Of a stretch of DNA of 64,000 nucleotides, positions 19,882-28,823 are shown in pieces (the stretch's first letter is position 1; each line of letters begins with the position of its first letter). Below the pieces are notes generated by a model. It saw only the letters and a program-made list of their open reading frames with translations. It was not told the DNA's origin and ran no database searches. The stretch is from Candidatus Poribacteria bacterium. GTDB taxonomy: Bacteria > Poribacteria > WGA-4E > WGA-3G. The position numbers and the translations under genes are program-made. The stretch spans positions 512,303-576,302 of the forward strand of contig CAXXUA010000015.1 of assembly GCA_963663765.2 (NCBI GenBank), read 5' to 3'.

Positions 19882-20412
19882 GTGCTTTGTAAGCGCGCCC
19901 CCCAACTACCCCCCAACTGCAGGCGTGCTTTGTAAGCGCGCCCCCCAACTGCCCCCTAACTGCAGGCGTGCTTTGTCCGCGCACCCCCAACTGCCCCCCA
20001 ACTGCAGGCGTGCTTTGTCCGCGCACCCCCCAACTGCCCCCTAACTGCAGGCGTGCTTTGTAAGCGCGCCCCCCAACTGCCCCCCAACTGCCTCCCAACT
20101 GCCTCCCAACTGCCCCCCAACTGCAGGCGTGCTTTTTAAGCGCGCCCCCCAACTGCAGGCGTGCTTTGTCCGCGCGCGCCCCAACTGCCTCCCAACTGCA
20201 GGCGTGCTTTTTAAGCGCGCCCCCCAACTGCAGGCGTGCTTTGTCCGCGCGCGCCCCAACTGCCCCCTAACTGCAGGCGTGCTTTGTCCGCGCGCCCCCC
20301 AACTGCCTCCCAACTGCAGGCGTGCTTTGTCCGCGCACCTCCCATGGTAGGCGTGCTTTGTAAGCGCGCTGGCACATCATATCCCAACAGAGCGCTTACA
20401 AACCACGCCTAC
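19882..20412. repeat. GC-rich tandem array of CTGCAGGCGTGCTTTGT(AAG/CCG)CGCGC units with CCCCAACTG linkers
   Basis: About 10 full copies plus a terminal REP-like doublet at 20347-20412. Confidence 0.95.
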
Positions 20413-20791
20413 AATCTGAAAAATATTTATTACCCGATTAATAAATTAATCTTCATTTAGTTTGTGTCCGCATCTGCACAAACTAAAAGTTTGATGCTCA
20501 AATTGTCCAAATAATTATATGTCTTACTATAATCGGGGTTGAAAACCCCTCCCACAAAAGGTCAAAATCCTTAAATTGACCCTTATAATACGGTTAGAAA
20601 CCGCACCTACCGGTCTGGGTGTATAGCAGGTGTTAACAATTTGCAGGAAACATCTAAAACTGAATATTCCTGAACATACTAAGCGAACAATTGCATAATT
20701 TCAACGATTGTGTTATACTCAGCATATATTATGAAAATCACCAGTAATTTGAAGCGTAATTTACGATTTTCTAACCAAAGTAACAGTCAAT

Positions 20792-22027
20792 ATGAGTAAG
20801 GAGTCATGGATGCCAGAAAAGAAGTACAAGGTACGTGCAGCACATTGTGATTATCGTGCAACTGAAGAAGAAATTTACAATACACTTCGCCGCATCACGG
20901 ATCCGCTAACGCAATCTTGGAAGCCGATAGAGAACGCTAAAAAGATTGTAATCAAATTTAATATGATGAAACCGCATGAGCGAATTGTTTATTTTGAGGG
21001 TCGCCGTCGAGAACTTGTCGATGATGCGGTCTGCCGTGCTGTGTTGCGGTTACTCAAAGAACATACCACGGCTCAACTTGTAGCAACTGATACGAACCCG
21101 TATACGCACGGAAACCGTATGCCGCCAGGTTTCAACTATGAGCATCATCTCAAGGAATTTGGTGTAGATTTTGTTGATTCTAATTTACCACCATTTATGG
21201 TATATGATGTTCCAGGTGGCGGTTCAATGTTTGACCGTTACACATTGAGTGCATGTTTTGCTGAGGCAGATGCAGTGGTTTCAGTAGCGAAGATGAAAAA
21301 CCATGCATTTATGGGTATCACACTTTGTACAAAAAACCTATTTGGTTTGCCTCCTATGATACTTCCTGAAGGGCGTACACGGAGTTATTATCATCATTTA
21401 ATTCGTCTGTCTTATGTACTACCCGACCTTGCAATGATAACAAAACCGTGTCTGAATATTATAGATGCATTGACAGGTCAGTGGGGACGCGAATGGGGAG
21501 GTGAAGGTAGAATCTGTAATGCGTTGATAGCAGGGGATCATCCGATTTCTACTGATACCGTCGGGATACATCTGATGGGACATGATCCTAAATCCGATTG
21601 GCCTACTCCCCCTTTCAAACGCGATCGGAACCATATCCTTATCGCTGCACAACGGGGATACGGTACTGTTGATTTAGATGAAATAGATTGGGACAGTGAA
21701 GTTACATCACCACTTGCGGAATTTGATTCTGTAGAGACTGATAGTCCTGAAAGGGTTTCTAATTGGCGACAAACGACATGTGAACAGGGATTGGTCTATC
21801 TTGAAAACCAGAAACAGATGATAGATAAATATCAGGATAATTATATCTATTTGCAGGGGGGAGAAGTTGTTTGGAGTGGTCCTGATCCATCGAATCTTGG
21901 TAGTCGTCGAAAACTAAGTGGAGATAAGAAGGACAGCGCATTATGGCTCAAACTTGTAGATGCTGAAGAATATGAAGGTGAACGATTTAACGTTTATGAA
22001 GAATGTCTGAAAACCTTTGTAGCATAA
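20792..22027 (+). CDS. DUF362-domain protein
   Basis: IVIKFN, SVAKMKNH..MGITLCTKNLFG, LNIIDAL and D.ISTD motifs. Confidence 0.85.
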   Translation: MSKESWMPEKKYKVRAAHCDYRATEEEIYNTLRRITDPLTQSWKPIENAKKIVIKFNMMKPHERIVYFEGRRRELVDDAVCRAVLRLLKEHTTAQLVATDTNPYTHGNRMPPGFNYEHHLKEFGVDFVDSNLPPFMVYDVPGGGSMFDRYTLSACFAEADAVVSVAKMKNHAFMGITLCTKNLFGLPPMILPEGRTRSYYHHLIRLSYVLPDLAMITKPCLNIIDALTGQWGREWGGEGRICNALIAGDHPISTDTVGIHLMGHDPKSDWPTPPFKRDRNHILIAAQRGYGTVDLDEIDWDSEVTSPLAEFDSVETDSPERVSNWRQTTCEQGLVYLENQKQMIDKYQDNYIYLQGGEVVWSGPDPSNLGSRRKLSGDKKDSALWLKLVDAEEYEGERFNVYEECLKTFVA

Positions 22028-22043
22028 GGTCGTAACAATAAAA

Positions 22044-22796
22044 TTGGATATACCGATGAGTATCACTGAAGCAGAAAAAAAGCAATTGGATGAGCAAGGG
22101 TGTATTGTCATACCTAATGTGCTTTCTGAAGAAGAAATTGAGATGTATAGAAAAGATATTCTTCGGTTGGCATACCAAGAGAGAAATGATGGAAAAGCAC
22201 TACGTCATACAGAGGGTTATGGTCAACATGTGCGTTGGTTGACAAATAAGGGTGAGATTTATGAGCGGCTTGTTGCTCATCCGAAGGTGATGCCGTTTTT
22301 TGAACATCTACTCGGTTCGGATTACACACTGAGCACTCTAACTTCAAACATCATAGAACCGGGTGCACCTGACGGGGGATACCATGTTGATAATATCTTA
22401 GGAGGGTTACCTGAACCGCTTCCAAGTATTCCTTTAGTTGCGAACAGTCTATGGTTACTTGATGACTTTACACCAGAAAATGGTGGTACTCGGCATGTGC
22501 CTGGTATCCACTTACAGCAGATAAAACCTCCTCCCGGAAAAAATTACCATCCCGATGAAGTGCGACTTTCCGCACCAAAAGGGTCAGTATTCCTTTTTAA
22601 TGGGGCTTTATGGCATTCGACTGGAGCGAACAAGACTGATAGACAACGTATTGCCTTGATCTGTTTCTGTTGTCGGTCGTTTGTTAAGCCGATGTTTGAC
22701 TTTGTGCATCATTTAAAACCGGAAGTCGTTGAACGTGCTTCTCCAACTATGCGTCGTATCTACGGTTTTGATTCCCAACCGAGACCACCTGATTAA
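22044..22796 (+). CDS. Phytanoyl-CoA dioxygenase (PhyH) family
   Basis: HVD; LDDFTPENGGTRHVPG; LWH..GAN.T..R; start may be 22056. Confidence 0.9.
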   Translation: MDIPMSITEAEKKQLDEQGCIVIPNVLSEEEIEMYRKDILRLAYQERNDGKALRHTEGYGQHVRWLTNKGEIYERLVAHPKVMPFFEHLLGSDYTLSTLTSNIIEPGAPDGGYHVDNILGGLPEPLPSIPLVANSLWLLDDFTPENGGTRHVPGIHLQQIKPPPGKNYHPDEVRLSAPKGSVFLFNGALWHSTGANKTDRQRIALICFCCRSFVKPMFDFVHHLKPEVVERASPTMRRIYGFDSQPRPPD

Positions 22797-22834
22797 ATTC
22801 CATTCCTTTGTTTCAAGATATAAAGGATAATACT

Positions 22835-23056
22835 CAGGGTTATTCAGTACTAAAAGTTTTCTGTTATTGAGATTTACTGAAAGTTAATACCCAAATGAGG
22901 TTTCCTAACTGCACCTTATACATCAATTTTAGATTATTGAAACATGAACATCGGTCTTTAGTCCCTACGGGACTAAAGAACTGGACAAGATGGCAACACA
23001 TAAAATTAACGACATAGCAAAATAATATCAAATATATTGAAAACTGAATAACCCTG
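22835..23056. mobile_element. MITE with ISAs1-type ends
   Basis: CAGGGTTATTCAGT ... ACTGAATAACCCTG; internal TTTAGTCCCTACGGGACTAAA hairpin. Confidence 0.8.
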
Positions 23057-24201
23057 GAGGGTGTGTAAAGTTTTTTCACAAACTGTTCATTCTCCATTGC
23101 AGGCGTGCTTTGTAAGCGCACCCCACCTGCAGGCGTGCTTTACAAGCGCACCCTGTGCTCACCTGCCCCCCACTGCATGCGTGCTTTGCAAGCGCTCCAT
23201 AACAGACGCACCCCCTACCTGCAGGCGTGCTTTGTAAGCGCGCCCTGTGCTCACCTGCCCTCCCACTGCAGGCGTGCTTTGTAAGCGCGCCCTGTGCTCA
23301 CCTGCCCTCCCACTGCAGGCGTGCTTTGCAAGCGCTCCATAACAGACGCCCCCCACCTGCAGGCGTGCTTTGTAAGCGCGCCCTGTGCTCACCTGCCCTC
23401 CCACCTGCAGGCGTGCTTTGTAAGCGCGCCCTGTGCTCACCTGCCCTCCCACTGCAGGCGTGCTTTGCAAGCGCTCCATAACAGACGCCCCCCACCTGCA
23501 GGCGTGCTTTGTAAGCGCGCCCTGTGCTCACCTGCCCTCCCACCTGCAGGCGTGCTTTGTAAGCGCGCCCTGTGCTCACCTGCCCTCCCACTGCAGGCGT
23601 GATTTGCAAGCGCGCCCTGTGCTCACCTGCCCCCCACTGCAGGCGTGCTTTGCAAGCGCGCCATAACAGACGCACCCCCCACCTGCAGGCGTGCTTTGTA
23701 AGCGCACCAGAACAGATGTGCCCCCACTGCAGGCGTGCTTTGTAAGGGCGCTCCCCACCTGCACAGGCGTGCTTTGTAAGCGCGCTCTTGTAACAGACAC
23801 CGAGTGTGTAAAGTTTTTGCACAATCTACTCATTCTCCATTGTAGTGCGGTGTCTCTGTACCCCGCTTTTGTTTTCACTCATCAGATATAAAGAAAACCA
23901 TCCAGTTTCTATCAAATATTGCTTGCCGTTAGGGAACTGTGGACATCGTAGGGGCGAGGTCTCCTCGCCCGCATTAGCCTCTGTTCGGGCGGGGAGACCC
24001 AGCCCCATAGGCGTCAATTTAAGGGTTTTGACCTCTTGTAGGAGGGGTTTTCAACCCCGATTTGAGAGAAATTGAACATAAAATCGGGGTTGAAAACCCC
24101 TCCCACAAGAGAAAATGCCAACACTTTTTTCTTAAATTGACCCCTATGGGGCGGGGAGACCCAGCCCCTACGGCATAGTAACCAAAACTATACACACCCC
24201 T
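23057..24201. mobile_element. Composite MITE with ISKra4-type ends containing a 16-copy repeat array and a nested MITE
   Basis: GGGTGTGTAAAGTTTTT ... AAAACTATACACACCCC matches the TIRs of the ISKra4 at 50784-52255. Confidence 0.7.
23098..23786. repeat. 16-copy GCAGGCGTGCTTTG(T/C)AAGCGC array with a 139-bp higher-order period
   Basis: Counted by eye; two recurring linkers, CCTGTGCTCACCTGCCCTCCCA and CCATAACAGACGCCCCCCA. Confidence 0.95.
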
Positions 24202-24882
24202 GACTAAAAAGCAACTTGACTTTGACTATGGTATTGTGTCATAATTGATTAATTCTTTGTTATGCTATTCCAAGTTGCTACCTACAAGATATTAAGCAGA
24301 TAGTTGTGAGCTATTTCAATAAGTCATTGATTCTCAACTATTTATTATACAAGACTTACTCAGTTTTCTTGATTTTATCAAGAATTATGATGAAAATGAT
24401 GTAATTATCAGCATTTTTATTGATTTCCAGCGCGCATACAAAGCACGCCTACCGTTGGAGAAATATTTTATTACCGAATTAATAAATTAATCTTCATTAG
24501 GCATTCACCGCCAACCGTTTTTGCTTAAGTCCTGCTGGGGTTACAAACCCCTCCTACAAGTGTGTTCATAAATAGGTGGAAACTTGTGAAATATTATTAC
24601 TTGAAATTTTTCATATTCTTTGGTATTCTTTTAATGAAATTATATACGTAATTATTGTTCTTTATCTCACTCTTATGTATTGATTTACTTTTGATAGTAG
24701 GTGGCATATCATGACAAATTCCTTTACCAAAGACTTTTTTACCCCGACTATACATACGTATCTGATTATGGGAATAGTAGTGGTTCAAATCGTTTTCGAT
24801 TCCATATATAATGAGTATTTCAAAGGCACCGAACACAGTGGATTTTTATATTTCATAATAAAAGGAGACGTATTGGAATTCA

Positions 24883-25368
24883 ATGAATCGGAAAAAGGAG
24901 GCAGAGAAGGTGTCAAATACAATTTCCAATGACTTAGTACTCCTGACTATACCGATGCGTCGAGATATGGAGCTTGCAGCAGCACAATTGGCTTCAGTCA
25001 TAGCTGAATCTATGAGTTTTTATGAGCAGCAAGTAGAAGAAATTCAAATGGCAACGATTGAAGCTTGTATAAATGCATTTGAACATAGCAAGAGTCCAGA
25101 TCAGCAGGTATTTACTAAGTTTATAATGAGGTCAGATGAGTTGGAAATCAAGATTACAGATCAAGGAGTTGGTTTTTCTCATGACAATCGTGCGCAACAG
25201 AGAAACAATAAGCCAGATATACATCCAGAGATGCGGAAACGCGGATGGGGGTTGGAAATAATTCATGCACTGATGGATAGTGTGAATATTAGTAGTAACA
25301 ACAACGGTACAACTATTTCAATGGTAAAATGTAAGAATGAAACAGATCAGGAAGATGGACAGGAATGA
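24883..25368 (+). CDS. Anti-sigma factor Ser kinase (RsbW-like, HATPase_c)
   Basis: EACINAFEH, ITDQGVGF and RGWGL..I..LMD motifs. Confidence 0.9.
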   Translation: MNRKKEAEKVSNTISNDLVLLTIPMRRDMELAAAQLASVIAESMSFYEQQVEEIQMATIEACINAFEHSKSPDQQVFTKFIMRSDELEIKITDQGVGFSHDNRAQQRNNKPDIHPEMRKRGWGLEIIHALMDSVNISSNNNGTTISMVKCKNETDQEDGQE

Positions 25369-25452
25369 CTTAACAGTGATAATTGAAATGGTTTATCTGG
25401 GAACCGTGTGATTTTCTGCATTTGAAATTCTCATTTTGAAGGAGGAAAAAGT

Positions 25453-25797
25453 TTGGCAAACAAATTTGATATTCAGATTCGTGCTGAAAAACAGTACGCT
25501 ATATTAGAAACAGCCGGATATTTGAACGATGCACTCGGAGAACGACTTTCAAAAGAAGCACAAGAACTCATTGAAAAAGGCTATACACAGTTAGTAATCA
25601 ATTTGGACAAAACAGCATTAATTAACAGCATAGGTATTTCCATTCTCATAGAAATTATTGAAGCTCTTGAGCAACGTGATGGTACATTAAACTTTTGCGG
25701 TTTATCTGCTACCCAAGAACGGACCTTTAGAATGATGGCAATAGCGAAATACGCGGGTATCTTCCCAGATGAAAAATCTGCAATTGCCAATTTTTGA
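25453..25797 (+). CDS. STAS anti-sigma factor antagonist (RsbV-like)
   Basis: LVINL.....INSIGI phospho-Ser motif; GGAGG RBS with TTG start. Confidence 0.9.
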   Translation: MANKFDIQIRAEKQYAILETAGYLNDALGERLSKEAQELIEKGYTQLVINLDKTALINSIGISILIEIIEALEQRDGTLNFCGLSATQERTFRMMAIAKYAGIFPDEKSAIANF

Positions 25798-25922
25798 TCT
25801 CCAATAAATAAAACACATAACCTTATTACACTTAACTGTTTCAACCACCGTTCTTGATTCTAACGGGTCAAATGGATTGAACCCCTAACCTAAGTTAAGA
25901 AGATCAGAAGGAACAATCCGCC

Positions 25923-27803
25923 ATGCACCTAAGCACAGCAGAAGAAACTATACAAAGGTTAATATTTAGTTTATCAGAACTGGAGAATTTAGGACAAACA
26001 CTAATCTCTGGTCGTAGTAATTTTAATATATCCAGTAAGACATATCTCCGCATCACACTCGGTACTCTTCAGGTAACAGGGGGAGCTATCCTGAGTTACC
26101 AATCAACAGATAATTCTTTAACCATTACCGCCTCAACTCCAGAGGTAGATGTTCCCACGATAGAAATTGAACCACACGAAATTACAAGTCTGTTAGAATG
26201 TTCCTTTGTTGATTTAGACAATGCACCTGATGATCTTCAAGAATTTATTGATAGAAACGAGCAGAGTCTTAATTGTAATTCAATCCATCAACTTTGGGTG
26301 CCTTTAAAGATACAAGACGAATTACTTGGAATTCTGAGTTTAGGTAAGTTTTTAGGTCGTTCTAAGTTTGAAGAATGGGAGCAGGAACTTCTAACCATAC
26401 TTGCACACCAAATATCAATTGCGATTGCGTACTCTCGAAATGAAGAACGTATTCAGAGTGAGAAGTTTCGTCTGTTTATGTTAGCAGAAAGTGCACCGCA
26501 AATTTGTCAACTTTTACAGCCTGAAGATGCTGCGGAACAGGTAGTCCACCAAGCAGTAGCACTGTTAGATGCTAACGTTGGTGCATTGATGCTTATGCAA
26601 TCGGAGGAACAAAATCTTGAGTTACGATATGTTTTCCCACCTGATATCATGGACTCCGATGGAGAAGAAAACGAAAATAAAAGCAACCTATTAGTACCAT
26701 TAAATGGTAGTGATAATGACACATCTGAGCTACAATCAATAACGTCAGTAGAGATGTTAGCAAATGTAGTAAAAGAAGGAAGAACACACCAATGTTCTGC
26801 TAATGCGGACAAACTTTTTGGTGGTAGAACTCTGATGGCGGGTCCAATACAGGGACGTGACGGGGATATATTAGGTGTTCTTGTAGTTGGAGACAAAGAA
26901 GAACGGGGTGGGAGTATTACCAACTTCACATTTGAAGATGAGACCTTACTTGACTCTTTTGCTAAGCAAGCAGGTGTTGCAATAGAAAATGCGCATCTGC
27001 ATCAGGAAGCACTTGAAGCACGCCATTTGCAAGCAGAGATGGAGGAAGCTCGAAAAATTCAAGAGAACCTTATTCCAGATACACTCCCAGAAATACCTGG
27101 GTATGAGGTTGCAGGATACTACGAACCTCGTGGACCAGTTGGAGGCGATTATTTCGACTGCATAGAACTTACAACAGGAGGGTGGGGACTTGCTATTGCT
27201 GATGTATCAGGGAAAGGTATGCAGGCAGCACTCTTGATGGCAACACTCCGTGCAGGTCTTTTGTCTGAATTATCGAGAGTTCGCACTGAAAACATACCTA
27301 TAGATATGAAGAATGAATTGACTGACATGGCAATGACCTTAAATTCACTGCTCTATGTCAGCGGAACGGAAGAAAAATACGCTACATTCTTTTATTCCCA
27401 TCTAAATCCTGAAACAGATACTGTCACATCGTTGAATGGAGGACACAACCCTCCATTGATAGTTAAAAGCAATGGAGACATAGTATGGCTTGGTGAAGAG
27501 GTGGGTGGATTGCCGCTGGGTATGTTTCCAAATGATATGGTGCCTCTGATCGCAAAATACGAAGCTGAGCAGTTTAAACTCGAATGTGGTGATGTAATCA
27601 TCTTCTATACTGATGGCGTAACCGAAACTGTGAACATAGAGGACGAGTTTTATGATGAAGAACGTCTTGAACAATTCGCAAAATCTTGCAACGAAAAAGA
27701 TGCTGCATATATATGCAACTTTATACATCAGTCAGTAATAGACTTTCAGGGGGATGCAGATCAATTTGATGATTTGACCTTGCTTGTACTACGAAAAAAA
27801 TAG
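25923..27803 (+). CDS. GAF-GAF-PP2C (SpoIIE/RsbU-like) phosphatase
   Basis: VGGDYFD, IADVSGKG, YTDGVTE and DDLTL motifs. Confidence 0.92.
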   Translation: MHLSTAEETIQRLIFSLSELENLGQTLISGRSNFNISSKTYLRITLGTLQVTGGAILSYQSTDNSLTITASTPEVDVPTIEIEPHEITSLLECSFVDLDNAPDDLQEFIDRNEQSLNCNSIHQLWVPLKIQDELLGILSLGKFLGRSKFEEWEQELLTILAHQISIAIAYSRNEERIQSEKFRLFMLAESAPQICQLLQPEDAAEQVVHQAVALLDANVGALMLMQSEEQNLELRYVFPPDIMDSDGEENENKSNLLVPLNGSDNDTSELQSITSVEMLANVVKEGRTHQCSANADKLFGGRTLMAGPIQGRDGDILGVLVVGDKEERGGSITNFTFEDETLLDSFAKQAGVAIENAHLHQEALEARHLQAEMEEARKIQENLIPDTLPEIPGYEVAGYYEPRGPVGGDYFDCIELTTGGWGLAIADVSGKGMQAALLMATLRAGLLSELSRVRTENIPIDMKNELTDMAMTLNSLLYVSGTEEKYATFFYSHLNPETDTVTSLNGGHNPPLIVKSNGDIVWLGEEVGGLPLGMFPNDMVPLIAKYEAEQFKLECGDVIIFYTDGVTETVNIEDEFYDEERLEQFAKSCNEKDAAYICNFIHQSVIDFQGDADQFDDLTLLVLRKK

Positions 27804-27815
27804 GAAACCCAAAAC

Positions 27816-28778
27816 ATGCAACAGAATACAGAAGGACGTAAATACCTAAATCCAACAGTTCTCGCTCAAATTGGGAATCTTGAACTTATTGCAAAATTTG
27901 TTGTTGAGGGTTTCATCTCAGGTTTACACAAAAGTCCTTACCACGGCTTTAGCGTTGAATTCTCGCAATATAGACAATATATGCCAGGTGATGATACGAA
28001 ACACATAGATTGGAAAGTCTACGGCAGGACTGACAGATATTATATCAAACAGTTTGAAGAAGAGACGAATTTGAATTGCTATATACTGTTGGATACCAGT
28101 GAATCTATGTCGCATCCTTCCCCGGAAGACTTAGAAGAGATAGAAGCAGTGACACAAACTGAGTCAGAAAGTGTTGTTGGACCACTTTCCAAACTCCGCT
28201 ATGCCAGTTTTCTAATAGCATCACTTTCCTATTTCATGGCTAAGCAACGAGATGCAGTTGGGTTTGCATATTTTGATGAGAAAGTACATCAGTATCTGCC
28301 TGCCCGTAGCAGTGCTTCCCACATGCATACTATATTACTAACTCTGGAAAACTTACAGACAGCAAAAGAAACAAAAATTGGTGAACCATTACATCAAATA
28401 GCTGAAAGGTTGACGAAACGCGGATTGGTCATTCTGATTTCCGATCTTTTTGATGAGAACCCAGATGAAGTGATAGAAGGACTTGAACACCTACGTTACG
28501 ATGGTCACGAAGTCATTGTCTTTCATCTGCTTTCTCAACAAGAGGTAGACTTTGAGTTTGAAAGATTGATCCGTTTTGTGGATTCAGAAACCGACCAAGA
28601 AATTATTACAACACCGCAAGTGATACGAGACAGTTATCTGAGCAATTTTAATGATTTTATTCATCACTATAGGACGACTTTGAACCAATCGGATATAGAT
28701 TACAATCTATTAAACACATCAACACCGATTGACAGAGCACTTTCATCATATCTTGCCAAACGTCAAGGTTTTATATAG
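27816..28778 (+). CDS. DUF58 protein (MoxR-associated)
   Basis: GLHKSP..GFSVEF..YRQY.PGDD..HIDWK motif; LLDTSESM. Confidence 0.92.
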   Translation: MQQNTEGRKYLNPTVLAQIGNLELIAKFVVEGFISGLHKSPYHGFSVEFSQYRQYMPGDDTKHIDWKVYGRTDRYYIKQFEEETNLNCYILLDTSESMSHPSPEDLEEIEAVTQTESESVVGPLSKLRYASFLIASLSYFMAKQRDAVGFAYFDEKVHQYLPARSSASHMHTILLTLENLQTAKETKIGEPLHQIAERLTKRGLVILISDLFDENPDEVIEGLEHLRYDGHEVIVFHLLSQQEVDFEFERLIRFVDSETDQEIITTPQVIRDSYLSNFNDFIHHYRTTLNQSDIDYNLLNTSTPIDRALSSYLAKRQGFI

Positions 28779-28823
28779 AACTAGCTAAGCACTGTAAAAG
28801 GAATATAAAAGGAGAAAAACACG

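Noticed and set aside
19882-23786. GC-rich arrays as CRISPR arrays
   Set aside because: Linkers are repeated and low-complexity rather than unique spacers, and no cas genes are present
19796-24075. ORFs over the repeat arrays (GRAYKARLQ / LQACFV peptides)
   Set aside because: Open in several frames on both strands because of repeat composition; no RBS or domain signal
24597-24932. Short ORFs upstream of the rsbW-like gene
   Set aside because: AT-rich, overlapping on opposite strands, no motif support
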